From Negaprion brevirostris (Eukaryota): a stretch of DNA of 64,000 nt. Numbering within the stretch: position 1 is the stretch's first letter; every line of letters starts with the position of its first letter. Below, piece by piece: positions 39,241 to 54,030 of this stretch. Where the stretch lies: the NCBI GenBank assembly GCA_030324005.1, contig JARDVH010000042.1:64550759-64614758 (forward strand). Reading direction: 5' to 3'. A model generated the notes under the pieces. That model saw only the letters and a list, made by a program, of their open reading frames with translations. It was not told the DNA's origin and made no database searches. A program made the position numbers and the translations under genes.

Positions 39241-41886
39241 CTTCATCTGGATGAGAGACATTAGAGAGGCAGGACTGCCTGGAGCCTGTATCATCAAGGC
39301 CTCTGCAGATCTTTAAAGGAATTTCAGTGATTCATCCGGTTAGTATATTCTTTGCAGATTAACCTCCATCTCTGAGGCTAAAAGCCAATACTAAGCCCTG
39401 TGCCTGGCATCCACAGGATATGGCATCCCCACACCACCTCTTCTAGATGAAATATATCTTGGATATATTCCATATTCACATATGATTGTGCATGGAGACA
39501 TTGAGCATTGACCTGGATATTGACAGCCTTATGCAAGAATCCTCCCTCAGGCACTAATCAGTTTTCCTAATTACCCTTGAGATTCGACAGAGAGACCATT
39601 GCCTTAGCACCAAGGAAGACTTAGTGCATAAGCTCTTTTCAAGTAAGACCATTGACCCGGAGGAATGGAGGTTTGGAGTTGGAGTATGCTGCCATCCATC
39701 ACTTGTATGCCCTGGAGATATTCACAGCCCTCCCTTCATCCAGGCCTGTAACAGCACTAGCTTTCAATCAGCAAACAATGTAAACCAAATCTAGATATTG
39801 ATTAATTCTTGCTGGAATGTAATCCATTAGTCATGGAGCAATATTGGTATTTTGAGTGTTGGAACCTCGAGAGCAGAACACACCTGAGTCTGATTCTCCA
39901 TGGAGTGGACTGGTAACCCATAGCGTAACCCTTTGCTGATACCAAGAAAATGAGGCATTAACTTATCCCACCCAAAAAGAGAAAACTCCCACATTGAATG
40001 CTTCAGAGGTTTAATGAACTGAATGACAACTTTGAGAGCTTTAGTTTGATGCATGTGAGGTTATGTGTACACCTTCTACTCAACTCCTGTTACCCACCAC
40101 GTTCCTCCCACCCTCCTACACAATACAGTCATTCCTCTCCCTCCTCTAACCATTCAGCCACATCTCCCCTTCCCCCATTATCTTGCACACAACTATCATT
40201 ATGTGAAATTCCTGTTCTCCCCTCTGTTCTGAAACTGTAAATGTGCTCATGCCCCTCTTGTCCCTGAACCCTACGGTTCTCGAAGCCTGTTGTATCCTAA
40301 CTCTCTATGAACCCTGTGTATGAGAGACCATCTAATATCCACCCACGATCCTAGCCTTCCACCCTACCTGATTTAACTTGATTCTCTGCCTCCAAATACC
40401 CTCATTCAAACCCTTAGGTTTGGACCCACAGATCATGTCCATCTCTCTACTATGCTCACTGTTCGTCAGGAAGCTCAACCGCCTTTAACATCCCAAGAAC
40501 TTAATTGCAGAAATTTATCCCGGCATCAGGAAATTGATTTTTGACCTCCCATTAAATTAAGTTCCCGTGCCCGTCAAGCTTCCTGCCACAGATGGGACCG
40601 GAAGACTCTGGTCTTCATCAGAGATTCAGGCAAATCAATTAATCATTCAAAATGCAGGTGATAAATGAAGGAGTGGACATCTTGGGGTCCAGTTTGGTAG
40701 CTCCATGACAACTGGAGTATATAGAACAGCATCTTGCAGAGATTAAAGGATGTTTAGTTGAACCTCAGGGATTTAAATCTCTTTCTAATTCTGTGAGCTC
40801 AGTTCTCTCACTGATTGGCGGTAACAAGAATTTTGTTCTCAGCGCTAGCAGAGTAGCTGGTGTGCATGCTGGTAAGGCTGATTGCCTTATGACATTAGCA
40901 CAGAGAAGTATGCTATCAGCTGGGGATGGGTAATAAATGATGCTCTTGCTAGCGAGGCCCATATCCTGCGAACAATTTTTAAAAAGCTCCCTGCAGATGT
41001 CTTCAATTTTGCAGCTCCAGGCTGCCATCGAGCCCATGACAAAGAGTCAGCCCATGACTTAGAGACCCTGACAGCAGGGCTACTTCCATCACAAGAGGCT
41101 CAAAATAGTTTAGTGCAGCCCTATACATCTTAGACCCCAGGCCCTCGGATCGCACATAGAAATAGGGCAAAGAAAAGGTTCTGCAGTCACAAGGGAGTTT
41201 ACAGTGAAGAAATTAAGTAATGCATTTGTAAATAGTTATAATAAATCACTGGAATTATTCATAGAAGGACTACTTTGTGATTAGTTTTCTCACAGGACAA
41301 TGGGTACTATGTTGAAGCTCATGACATTGACATGATAGCTCGTTGTAAAGAGCAAAAGTTCGATTTGAACAATAAAAGTTTTTTAAAAAATGCTCAGCGG
41401 GTCTGACAATGTCTGAAGGACAGATGTTACAGAAAAACAGAGTTAAAGGGTTGAACTTGCCTGCCCCCATGATGATGGCCTTGTGATGGGTGTGGCTGGG
41501 AAAATGGTGGGGAGGAAGAATTGCTTTGGGATAGCTCGCTGATGCATTCTTGCCTCTAGGGAATTTTCCCCATGCTGGGAAGCAGATTAGCTGCCCACAC
41601 CACTGAACCAATTAACATAATTAAGGCCTCTGTTTCAGGGTAATTTTCAGTCTCTCTGCTCTTTTTCCAGCCACATAGCAGTTCCTTGTCACATGTAGAA
41701 ACCACTAGTTCAACAGAGGCAGCCTCCCAGCAGGTGACCTGGGGTCATCAGAATTGGAGGCTCCATGTGGCAATGAGGAACCTGCATCCCAAAAGACCAT
41801 AATTGGAGCTGAGACCAATCTAGAGGACGTGTTTTCCCTTCACCCGATTCATCTACCAATCTAGACACCAGTTATTTTATTATTGA

Positions 41887-42220
41887 TCATAGAATCCCTA
41901 TAGTGCAGAAGGAGGCCATCTGGCCCATCCAGTCTGCACTGAATCTCTGACAGATCATTTTACCAAGGCCCTATTTCCGTGACCCCACGAATTTACTCCA
42001 TATTCCTCCAAAGCTACACATCTTGAGACACTAAGGGACAATGTAGCATGGCCAATATGCCTAATCTTAACATGTTTGGACTGTGGAGAGAACTGGAGCA
42101 CCCAAAGGAAACCCATGCAGACACAAGGAGAATGTGCAAACTCCACATAGGCAGTCACCCAAGGCTGGAATTGAACCCTGTGCCCTGGCATTGTAAGGCA
42201 GCAGTGTTAGCCACTGTGCA
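41887..42220 (-). mobile_element. HE1-type SINE
   Basis: catagaatccctatagtgcagaaggaggccatctggccc ... aggcagcagtgttagccactgtgc. Confidence 0.9.
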
Positions 42221-44400
42221 ATTATGCAAGCAAGGGAGTGTACACACGGTAAGCATGCAGCATCTGCATGTTGATGCACCAAGGCCTTTCTTTAACCACA
42301 CCAAATGCTTGCTCAATTCAAATTCTTGCATTACCTTGAACTACAAGATCAATTAAACCCATTGACGGTGCAGATTATGATGCGTGATTACCCTGCATAC
42401 AGTTGAAGTGATCAGGCAGCGTGCAAACTTTATGTTGTCTCCTCATCACCATGAAGGTCAACTCTAAACATGTTGCTGATTGGCATCACAATCAGTAGGG
42501 GCATGGCTAACACAAGAAACAGCTAGCTTGCACTTCTTAAAGGCAACCTACACCTCTTTTCAGGGTGCAGTTGACTAGAGATAGTGTTCCATGGATGTCA
42601 ATTTAAGAGCCCCTTTAAGGTGGGAACAATGGAGGGATCTTTCCCATTTTTCAGTGAGTGATGCAGTGGATGGGTTTTTTCTGCCTTACAATCAGACATA
42701 TCATTGAAAACAGTGAAGTGGGTGGGTGCTGTGACATAACATGAATGGGGCGGGCTTTGAGTGAGCCCCCGCCACCAGCAAATTAATGTTTTAAAGATCA
42801 TGGTGCCCTTTACTAACCAAACACTGCCCCCTTCAATTTTGACTTTTTTGCATTGGGATGCCCTTTATAAAGTCAAAATTGATGGGGGCAGTCTGGCACT
42901 GCCAAGGACTGTGCCCAGGCAGCTTTTCCACTCTCAATCCAGCCTGTTAAAAACAGGAGTGGACAATCCAATCCACCCAACCCTCACCCACACGCCCACC
43001 CCCCACCCTTTCTCTCCCTCCCCACAAGTTCCATGAGTTGGAGATTTCCTGAAATTGTAAACCAGCTTCCTGTCCTGCAATGCCAGTGGGGTGGTGAAGG
43101 TAAGCCAGAAACGGGGCTGCTGCCTCTGGAAACCAACCCAAGGCAGAATTAGAAGCAGACTATTGCTGAGGCTGGCAGGTTCAAAGTTCTGCTTCAGTTC
43201 CCTGGGGCATCAGCTCTATTCTGTGTAAGCGTTAGTGCTCAGACCTTACCCCTGTACTCACTCACTTGCTCTTTATATATTCCCANNNNNNNNNNNNNNN
43301 NNNNNNNNNNNNNNNNNNNNNNNNNNNNNNNNNNNNNNNNNNNNNNNNNNNNNNNNNNNNNNNNNNNNNNNNNNNNNNNNNNNNNNNNNNNNNNNNNNNN
43401 NNNNNNNNNNNNNNNNNNNNNNNNNNNNNNNNNNNNNNNNNNNNNNNNNNNNNNNNNNNNNNNNNNNNNNNNNNNNNNNNNNNNNNNNNNNNNNNNNNNN
43501 NNNNNNNNNNNNNNNNNNNNNNNNNNNNNNNNNNNNNNNNNNNNNNNNNNNNNNNNNNNNNNNNNNNNNNNNNNNNNNNNNNNNNNNNNNNNNNNNNNNN
43601 NNNNNNNNNNNNNNNNNNNNNNNNNNNNNNNNNNNNNNNNNNNNNNNNNNNNNNNNNNNNNNNNNNNNNNNNNNNNNNNNNNNNNNNNNNNNNNTCCCTG
43701 CTGGCATAGGGATTGTTGTGTGCAGGATCATGACCTGTGTGCTTATCCTGCACCTATAAAATAGCAGAGGATGGGAATGGGATGAAAAATCCTGCAATTT
43801 TGTCTCCAATGTTGTGCCGGGCCAGCAAAGTCTGACCCAAGGAGTCTGACCCCATGGATCTGAATGCAGTGCTATCAGAAAGTTCAATAACTTCACAAGT
43901 AAATCATCTTCAGATGTCTTTTCTGATCCACTGCTACACCGACTTCACATAGTGCTCATGCACCCTCCACCAACCCCCAATCGCTGATCAATCAACAGTC
44001 ATGACCCAATACCAACATTCAGAAGTTCCATATCGCTTTCACAAAGTTACCACTGCAGCCAGCCTCACACCCACCTCCCCCAACTTTCATAATTCTCTGG
44101 CCATTCATCTTGGCAGGCACAGCAACCAAATACATGGCAACACACTCACTGACATTCTTTTCTCTCTCTCTCGCAACGCAAGATCACACATAACAGGAGG
44201 AAATAACAGAAACCCAAGGGAGAACAACATGCCTGTACCACGTCAACCCTTCGAAAGAAACAACGTTACTAAACACTGATTGGAATGAGGTGGGATTTGC
44301 ACCCCTCGCTCAGGTGAAAGTTGCGCCTTGGAGAAGTGCCAGCCAATCAGCAGAGAGTGGGTAAGCCGGCTAAGGTGGTGTCACGGACCATGCAGATGTT

Positions 44401-44609
44401 GGCCGGAATTCTCCTGCTGTTCACTCTGGCAGGATTCTCCAGTCCCACCAGCAGCACATCCCCACCTGTGGGTTTCCCACCAGCGTGGAGTGACATTAAT
44501 GGGAATTCCCACTGACAGCAGCAGGGCCAGAGAATCCCACCGCTATCAAACAACATGCCATCTCCCACCGGCAGGAAACAAGTGGCTGGGAAGCCAGAGA
44601 CCCTTGCCC
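44401..44609. mobile_element. MITE (Harbinger-type TIRs)
   Basis: ggccggaattctcc ... cagagacccttgccc termini with an internal palindromic gggaattccc; related to 35117-35172. Confidence 0.55.
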
Positions 44610-45459
44610 GTTATCTGTAAGGTCTTCTCAACTTGAAACATCGGTTCATTGTGAGTTTTTTGTTTAGTTTTGCAAGGGTGTGAGGGAATAATGTGATACC
44701 CCCAGTGAGAAAAGCTAGCCCAGTTGCTGTGCAACAATTAATTAGGGGCAGGGGTATATGACAGTATTCATCCTCCCCCTGCTACTCCACCAGTGCCCTC
44801 ATTGGTGACTTTCACCCAACCAGCCAGACCAGGCTGCAGACGTACAGAAATCCAAAACCCAACCCCCTAACCCCAGAGCTGCACATGGTGGTCCTCAAGC
44901 CAACAGCTTCCCACTTGCCATGCTGCAAGCATTAGGATAGCAGTGGGTAGGGTCAATAGACTAGGCAGTGGAATTGTTACAGAACAGCAGTGATTTTCTC
45001 CATGATGCTCTTGGTTGCTGAATAACTCTCATTGTACAGGTGCAGTCCATATGTGATCAGGTAGTGGAGGAAAATCATGATGACAGGAGTATAAAGGGTA
45101 CCCTTTGTCACTCAGCAGCCAACCTCTCATTCAACGTGGTGGCAAAAAGAGGGGGGGAGCTGTTAACTGCATCACGTTGAAGGCATCGTGGCTGTTTTCA
45201 GGATAGCAGGCATGGACCAATTCATTAGTGTGATATTCTGTCATTTAATTTGGTATATCAAAGCCATCTCACACACTATTCCCAGCAGAGGTGGAGATGG
45301 AAAAATGCGCATCCAAAACCCCGAGTAGAATGGACTTCTGGAGAGCCTCCCCCCCTCCCCCCGTGCACTGTTACCCCTCTCTGCTGCATATACTCCGCAA
45401 CCTTGTGATCCTGGAACATAAGAGGGACTGCAAGTTTAGCATCCGTGATAGATTATGTA

Positions 45460-45680
45460 CAGAATTGGTCTCCTTATTTAAAAGAAGATGGAAATGAATT
45501 GGAAGCAGTTTAGAGAAGGTTTAGGAGACTCATACCTGGAATAGTTGGGTTGTCTTAGAAGAAAAGGTTTGATTTGTATCCACAAGACTTTAGAAGATTA
45601 AGAGGTGACTTGATTGAAACCTTTAACATCCTGAGGGGTATTAACAGGGTGGAAATGGAAAGATCGTTTCTTCTTAATCA
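45460..45680 (+). mobile_element. CR1 LINE fragment
   Basis: FRRLRGDLIETFNILRG is the CR1 ORF2 C-terminal motif. Confidence 0.75.
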
Positions 45681-45684
45681 CAGG

Positions 45685-46050
45685 CTCATAGAGGTTTACA
45701 GCATGGAAACAGGCTCTTCGGCCCAATTTGTCCATGCTGCCCCTTTTTTTAACACTAAGCTATTCCCAATTGCCTGCTTTTGGCCCATATCCCACTATAC
45801 CATCTTACCTATATAATAGTCTAAATGATTTTTAAAATACAAAATTATACTCGCTTCTACTACCACCTATAGCAGTTTGTTCAAGACAGTCACCACCCTC
45901 CGTGTGAAAAAATTGCTCCTCTGAACCCTTTTGCATTCCTCCCCTCTCACCTTAAACCTATGACCTCTAGTTTTAGACTCCCCTACCTTTGGAAAAAGAT
46001 GTGGACTATCTAGCTGATCTGTGTACCTCATTATTTTATAGACCTCTATA
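45685..46050 (-). mobile_element. CR1 LINE 3' end
   Basis: IEVYKIMR..LFPKVGESKTRGHRFKVRGE..NFFTRRVV plus 3' UTR. Confidence 0.85.
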
Positions 46051-47469
46051 CTTTTAAATGACATTGGTTGAAGGTCCCTCATCAGCTGAAAGTAAGTTCA
46101 GCTCCAAGAAATGTTTAAGAGACAGTGTTAACAGGATCTATGAGACCCAAAAGAGCATCCTGGGCACCGAATCAGCATTATTAGGTATCATGGTTTGCAC
46201 ACTCCTCATATTTCTCGAGCATGCTGTGTGAGTGCCCTTATAACATGGCATGCCATGTAGGTTGCATCAGAAGCTGTTTGGCCACCATTTTCCCATGTCG
46301 AGATTGCTGTAGGGTTGGCACCAGCTGNNNNNNNNNNNNNNNNNNNNNNNNNNNNNNNNNNNNNNNNNNNNNNNNNNNNNNNNNNNNNNNNNNNNNNNNN
46401 NNNNNNNNNNNNNNNNNNNNNNNNNNNCATCAGAAGCTGTTTGGCCACCATTTTCCCATGTCGAGATTGCTGTAGGGTTGGCACCAGCTGCATAAAGGAG
46501 CTGAATTTTTCAGCCTTGATGTCCCATTGGATCCCTCTCAGAATCAGTGACCTTGCAAATTAACATTGTGAGTCATGGCAGCAAGATGTATCTCCTACCA
46601 GCCAGCAGTCACCGTCTCTCTTGTTCCTGCTGTTGAAACAGAGCTGAGGCAATGGACAAATNNNNNNNNNNTATATCATGTATTCTTGTTTTGCAATCTG
46701 TGCCTGTGTCATGCACATTTTGTAAATGGAAGTCTTTGCAATGGGTCATTTACAATGCAAAATGAATACAATCCATAGCCCTTAATCCTGGGAACATGCC
46801 TCTGAAAATTTCCATTGCACTATCAGTCATCTCTCTGTGTAGAGCAGAAGAGTATAAACCAGATTGCCCTGGTGGTTTGCTTTGAGTTTGAATCTACAGT
46901 AAAGTAACTGATCTAAATAAATTCCCTTGCAGCTTTCTGGAGTTGTCCATCCTCTATGAACCTTGAATTCTAGCTGCAGCAAACAAGCAAAGTTCTTCCA
47001 AAGTTGCATGTTCAAAATAAAGGAAGCACTGAAAGGTCATTACCTGAAATATGAGCCATGTTTCTCTCTCCACAGATGCTGCCAGACCTGTTGAGTACTT
47101 TCAGCATTTTCTGTCTTTATTTCAAACCTTATGAAAGGTCCTGTCAACAGCATCTGTGTTGGTGCATGCTACAGCATAGATACTGCAGGGATAGTTTAAC
47201 TGTCATCAGATGCTGCTTGAATAACTTTGTTTTCCTTTCATTCTCCTGCTACTCATTTTCCTTTGACATGATTTTAATTTGGAACATTCCCATTAAGAAA
47301 GTCAATTTGCAGCCTTCAGGTAGTTGTTCCCGAATTATCCTGAACTTCATTTATTGGGTGAAGGCTTTCTGCGAACAATGTTATAAAATGTTATCAGATA
47401 TCACCAGCCAATTTTAAAAAGTGACCATAAAAAGTGACCAAGTGTCAAAAGTGACAATTTTAAAAAGTT

Positions 47470-48392
47470 CTGGGACCCTTGCTGTTTGTGATTTTTATAA
47501 ATGACCTGAATGAAGAAGTGGAGGGATGGGCTGGTAAGTTTGCCAATAACACGAAGGTTGGTGGTGTTCTGGATAGTTTGGAGGGATGTCAGAAGTTGCA
47601 GTGTGACGTAGATAGGATACAAGACTGGGCAGAGGAGTGGCAGATGGACTTCAATCTGGATAAATGTGTAGTGATACATTTTGGCAGGTCAAATGGGATG
47701 CAGGAATATAATATTAAGGGTAAGACTTTTAGCAGTGTGGAAGATCAGAAGGATCTTGGGGTCCGGGTTCATAGGACTCGCAAATCAGCTTCGCAGGTAG
47801 AGGATGTGGTTAAGAAGGCGTATGGTGTACTGGCCTTCATTAATTGAGAAATTGAGTTTAGGAGTCGGGAGATAATGCTGCAGCTTTATATGACCCTGGT
47901 CAGGCCCCACTTGGAGTACTGTGCTCAGTTCTGGTCCCCTCATTACAGGAAGGATGTGGAAGCCGTTGAAAGGGTGCAGAGGAGATTTACAAGGATGTTG
48001 CCTGGATTGGGTGGCATGCCTTATGAGGCTAGGTTGAGGGAGCTCGGTCTTTTCTCCTTGGAGAGACGAAGGATGAGAGGTGACCTGATAGAGGTGTATA
48101 AGATGATGAGAGGTATTGATTGGGTGGATTCTCAGAGGCTTTTTCCCAGGGCTGAAATGGTTGCCACAAGAGGACACAGGTTTAGGGTGCTGGGNNNNNN
48201 NNNNNNNNNNNNNNNNNNNNNNNNNNNNNNNNNNNNNNNNNNNNNNNNNNNNNNNNNNNNNNNNNNNNNNNTTCTAGAATGCAATTTAAAAGTATCCCGT
48301 TAACCAATCCTAGTAGGTAGAGATAAGATCGGTGCAACTTGTGGGCCGAAGGGCCTGTTTATGCTGTAGTTTTTCTATGATTCTATGATTCT
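47470..48392 (+). mobile_element. CR1 (HER1-type) LINE, 5'-truncated, relatively young
   Basis: LFVIFINDL..KFANNTK, LQLYMTLVRPHLEYCAQFWSPHYRKD..RRMRGDLIEVYK; tail ttctatgattctatgattcta. Confidence 0.95.
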
Positions 48393-51300
48393 AGATGCAA
48401 AAGTGATAACACCATTTGCAACTTCCACCATGATGATCCAGTCCTGGTAGCTGCAACTGCTACTCCCTTCTCAAAATTACCTATTGTTCATTTAAGTGGA
48501 GAGCAGGTCAGTGAGCATTGTATTATTGTTCAAATGTGAAGGAAGTTTTGTATAAAACTCCCAAATGTAAAATATTTCACCAGAAGATTCTGCTGATACA
48601 GATGAGTTACAGACATTCAGGCCTGGAATTGACATATTCATGGAGATTCCAGGGACCTTCCAAAATGATGGGTGGGGTCTCGAAACAAATTTCCTGGCCC
48701 TATTTCCATCAAATCCCAATATTGCTGGGAAGGCAGAGGAACAATGGCAGGCCATATGTGGGAATCCTGAACTCAGCAGGGCCATTTGAACTAAATGCTA
48801 ATTTGAAACTGATTCCATTTCTGCTACAGCAGCATAGGCATTACAATCTTTAGAGAAGTCATAATTGTTCCTGAGGGTTGGATGAAATCTGTAGAATTGT
48901 CAAGCTGACAAGTTCTTAAATGGCTAACCCTTTAAAAATGGGAAAAAAAGGTCTACCTGTAACTGTGGAACTAAACAGAAACATCCGTGCTCGTAGTTTC
49001 AAGAAATGTCTGTTGACAATAACCTAAGTGCTATCATTATAGCATTGTTAATGCTTGGCTGTTTCCCACAACCTTTCTTGATCACAGTAGGATGTTATAA
49101 GTTCACATTTTGATTGGCAGTTCAAAACATTTATGTCTTTAATGTAGGGTTATGAATACAAATATTTTCTTTATAAAGGATTAAGTATTCAAGGGGATTT
49201 AAATGCATCGCATGGGCTTTCATGAATGGAAAATTGCTTTCTAATGTAATGTAATGGGGAGGTGGAGTGTGATGCCAGCAATGATTGTTTAGCACTGCAA
49301 GAAGGGGTTTGATGGCGGTGATGACTATTGGTATGGGGAGAGAGAGAGGGAAGGTGATGCCTGTGTTGGCTGTTTGTAGAGAGTGGGGAAGAGAGCATGG
49401 GTGAGGCCAGCATTGATCCGTGCTGCGGGGGCCGGGGTGTGCAGAAGGGGGTGGGGAAGTGGAGAGATGCCGGCTTTGATCGTACAAGTAAGGGGAGCCC
49501 CTAAGACCTCGTGGTGGGTTGGGGGAGGTTTGTTTTTTTTAAATTATGTGCAGCTAGGTTTGATGGTGTGCTTAGGCTTCACCTGAGATCTGGAGAGAAA
49601 ACCTTCCTGTTTCTCTGGAGAGACACGCTGGTTTTCAGTCAGATCCTGACACTGCTATTTTTTGGTAAGATTCTGCCCAATTATTTAGTTTACTGAATGC
49701 AATCAAAACATTCTTGTTTCTGTCTCTGGGAAGATCTGTTATGGTGAAGTTCTAATTAAATCTCTTCTCTGGATCTGTTCATTCATCTCTCACTTCCATG
49801 TTCCTGAGCCCATTGCCTCTGATGCGAAATAAGCTTTGTCATAAAACATCTTTTGTCACAAATAAAAACGGTTCACCATCATGTTTTATTCCAACTGCAG
49901 CAACACCAAGCTAATCAAAACTAAAAAAGAGACCATTTGAGTCACATATTTTCCAAAGAGCGAAGCACGAAATTGAGAATTGATCAGCAGTAAAATTGAC
50001 TAATAATAGGAGGTGGGATAACCAATAGTGTTGGTTCTTCATTCATTATCATCCTTGTTGAACTCTTCCAATTATACATTGTTCTATCTCCTCATTGGCT
50101 AATCTCACTGTTGCTGTCCATCCCATATATAGATTTTTATGAGTCATTTATCCCTCCACTATCCTCCAAAATTTTCCAGTACGGTCAAGAACTGAATCCA
50201 GTCAACCCAATCAAATGCTTTTTCACAACTTACAAAACAAACATCTAGTGCCTCAACTGCCTTCACTCATTAATCTTATGATACTGATTTCTTCTCTCAT
50301 CCTTATTCCTTCCAGGAATCTCCAATGCAGCTTTGCACCTTCTCACCTCCACTTTTTGTTACAATTCTCAACACAACCTTGGATGTCAGAACATCAGCGC
50401 CTAAAATCCAACTGGTGGTCTTCCCGCTGCCTGCCCCATCAGAAGTTCTGAAGAGGGCAGGGGGAGGTGTTGAGCAGACCTATCTGTCCTTGGTCTTATC
50501 ATGGACCTCAAATTAATGGCAGCTTTAGGGTTGTGAGCTAGAGATGGGTGGGGTGTGGAATGAGTTGGTTGAGGGGGGTGGGTGGGTGGAGGATGGAGGG
50601 GGGAGGGGTGGTGAAATGCTTTTACAGGCCCCTGGATCTATTAGAGGCATCACTAACCCCAAGGTTATCCCTACTTTCACCCTTCCCTCTGGCCTCTTGA
50701 ATCCAGGTGCCATCCCCTCACTCCCCTTGCTGAGACTCCCAATCCTAGACTTACCTAGATTCACTACTGGGGAGAGTCTATAATCCCAGCAATGACCAGC
50801 ACTCCTGTGTTTCTAGGGCAGGACTTCATACTGAGAGAGGAGCGAAAGTCTCATCACAAAACAATTAGCACTGCTCTGAACATTCAATTGTTATTGGGCA
50901 GCTGTTGTGATCATGGGTGGTCTCACACCTAAGTTTTGGGGGACACCATGGTGGCCCACAATATTCCGCCAAAAAATGCAGCCCATAGTTTCAATGAATG
51001 AGTGTACTCAGTGCAAACTTTATCGATTGGTACCTGAAAAATTGCTTCAGGGTCCTACACATGTCATAGATCTCTATTCTACATGAGTCATTGTTCAGCT
51101 CTCCTGAAACAGGCAAGTTCTTTGGATAACCCTTTTTATGATTAGCTGGAAATGTTGGCAGATTTACCAGAAATAATGGAACATAGCCTATATAAAGTAA
51201 AAATTTTGATGGTGACATTTGATACTGGAGGTGCAGTAAGCAGATCTTATGTCTCCTACTGTTGCCATGACATGACCACAATTAAATGCTATGAAGTTGA

Positions 51301-52084
51301 AATTATGTATGAAAGAGGCCATTAACACAATAGGGTTGGGTTCCACTGCATGTTGCTTTGCAACAAAGTTCCACCAACAAAACAAATGAAGCAGCACCCT
51401 CCTGTTCCAAAGGAGCTTATAACAGTCCCATCAGGCCGATGATAAATGGGACAAATTTACACTTCTGCGATTGCCCCAATGCTGACAAGCTCCCAATGCA
51501 CCAGAGATCAATCTCACTGGGATTGATTACCATTTCATTTGTTCTTGATGACCCAGCACAAAGCTTACACTTTCTTGGTCTATCAGTGTTGTATCTGGCC
51601 ATATTCCCAAGAAGGTCCATAGCACCTCCTTCCTGCCACCTACCAGAGTTATCCTTAAACTGAAATCTAAGGTTTGCAGGTGGAATCACTATCCCAGTCA
51701 AGCTGACTTTGCCCACTGTGGTGTCAAGATGCAGATGATCCAGATTTTGTCCAAAGTTTTGCTGCCACTTTTTTTTCAGGAACAACATTTTCGCATTTTC
51801 GATAATGATATTTCTAATAGAAGATTACTCAAGCCATATGTTTTAATAGCCTTGAGCAAGGCTAGGTAAAAATGTACAGACAAAATAGAATATTTTAAAT
51901 GGACTCTATTTGCTGGTCAGATGATTATCCAATCCATTTTACCCAGTGGCTTGTTGCTGTCATGCATAAAGCCTGATTAAAAGATATTGATATACCATGC
52001 AACCTCTCCAATCTGGAATGTTTAGGATTAAGACTGGATTTCGAATTTTCTGGATTGTAAAATGCCTAACCAAAAATGTATACT

Positions 52085-52435
52085 GCAAGGCCTGGATAGA
52101 GTGTACGTAGAGAGGATGTTTCCATTCGTAGGAAAAGCTGGAGCCTGAGGACACAATCTCGGGCTAAAGGGACAATCCTTTAAAACAGAGATGAGGAGGA
52201 ATTTCTTCAGCCAGAGAGTGGTGAATCTGTGGAACTCTTTGCTGCAAAAGGCTGTGGAACCCAAGTCATTGAGTGTCTTTAAGACAGAGATAGATAAGTT
52301 CTTGAGTAATAAGGGGATCAGGGGCTATGGGGAGCAGGTAGGAGACTGGGGATGAAGAAATAATCAGCCATACTGAATGGCAGAGCAGACTCAATGGGCC
52401 GAGTGGCTTAATTCTGCTCCTATGTCTTATGGTCT
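52085..52435 (+). mobile_element. CR1 LINE 3' end
   Basis: gaggaggaatttcttcagccagagagtggtgaatctgtggaactc (RRNFFSQRVVNLWNS) plus 3' UTR ending tcctatgtcttatg. Confidence 0.9.
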
Positions 52436-52439
52436 ATTA

Positions 52440-53715
52440 TTAAAGATTTCATAACTTGGCATTTGGATGGCAGTGGTATAATCAGACAAAATCAGCGTGG
52501 ATTTACAAAATGGAAATCATGCTTGATGAATCTTGGAATTTTTGAGGATGTAACTAGTAGAGTTGATCAGGGAGAACCAGTGGATGTGGTTTATTTAGAC
52601 ATTCAGAAGGCTTTCAACAAGGTCTCACATAGCAGATTACTATGTAAGGTTAAAGCACATGGGATTGCAGGTAATGTCTTGAGATTGATAGAAAGTTGGT
52701 TAGCAGATAGGAAGCAAACAGCTAGCATAAATGGGTCTTTTTTTGATTGGCAGTCAGTGACTAATGACATAACACAGGGATCTGTGCCAGGACCTCAACT
52801 GTTCACATTATATATGAATGAATTGGAAGAGGGAACTGAATGTATTATCTCCAAATTTGCAAAAGATACAAAGTTGGGTGGATGAGTGAACTGTGAGGAG
52901 GATAGAGATATTTCAGCGTGATTTGGACAGGCTGAGTGAGTGGGCATCTGCATGGCAAATGCAATATAACATTGATAAATGTGAGGTTATTCAATCTGGT
53001 AGCAGTACTAGGAAGACAAATTATTTGAATGGGTATAAATCAACAAGACATTGGTGTCCCCGTGTCACTGAAAGCAAGCACACAGATACAACAAATAAAT
53101 GGTAAAGACGACAAATAGTAAAGACGACAAATAGTGCGTTGGCCTTCACAGTGAGAGGATTTAAGTGTAGGGATAGGGATATTTTGCTGCAATTGTATAG
53201 GGCGGTGGTGAGGCCATGCCTGGAGTAGTGTGTGCAGTTTTGGTTCCTTATCTGAAAAAGGATGTCCTTGCAATAGAGGGAGTACAGTGAAGATTTACTA
53301 GGCCAATTCCTGGGAAGGCAGGTCTGTCATATGAGAGACCAAGTTAGTTAGGATTATCTTCACTAGAGTTTAGAAGAGTGAGAGGGGATTTTATAGAAAC
53401 TTATAGAATTTTAACAGGGTTAGACAGAATAGATTCAGAAAGAATGTTCCCAATAGTGGGAAAGCCCAGAACTAGGGATCATAGCTTGAAGATAAGGGGT
53501 AAACCTTTTGGAACTGAGGCGAGGAGAAATTTCTTCACCCAAAGGCTGGTAAATGTGTGGAATTCACTACCACAGAACATAGCTGAGTCCAAAACATTGC
53601 GTAACTTCAAAAATAAAAAGAGGGAAATCAGGGTAATGAATTTGATGATCAGCTATGATCAAAACGAATGGCGGAGCAGGTTCGAACGGCTTAATGGCCT
53701 CCTCCTGCTTCTAGT
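52440..53715 (+). mobile_element. CR1 LINE ORF2 (RT) fragment, older copy
   Basis: VDVVYLDIQKAFNKVSH, TQGSVPGPQLFTLYMNEL, SKFAKDTK, RGDFIETYRIL, RNFFTQRLVNVWNSLP; frameshifts present. Confidence 0.95.
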
Positions 53716-54030
53716 TTCTTCCCCCTCATTCTCAACGTCATCCCGCCTGTATGAACCCACCAATCCCGCTGAGTATTTAGCAACTTTTAATGCGATTGTC
53801 TCTTACTTTACCAGAGACTGGCCTAGTTTCCCCACCCCCGGCTAAGTATGGAGCACAGCAAGATCCCAGTAACAGCACTGAGTTGGTAACCGGATAATCT
53901 GCCGCTTTAATGTTGCTGAGAGTCAGTCTGGGGGAGGGGGGGACAGATTGCTATTCCCGCCCAACAGGCCCCAGCCCCGGCCTTTGCCAGTGAGGCTGCC
54001 TGCCTGCGCTGTTCCCGAAACGGGCCTCAC

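Noticed and set aside
46265-46490. Identical 63-bp direct repeat
   Set aside because: Flanks a 100-N gap; unmerged contig overlap.
51417-51788. 123-aa minus-strand ORF downstream of BUD13 exon 1
   Set aside because: No resemblance to BUD13 or any family I recognise, a non-ATG start and no convincing splice sites.
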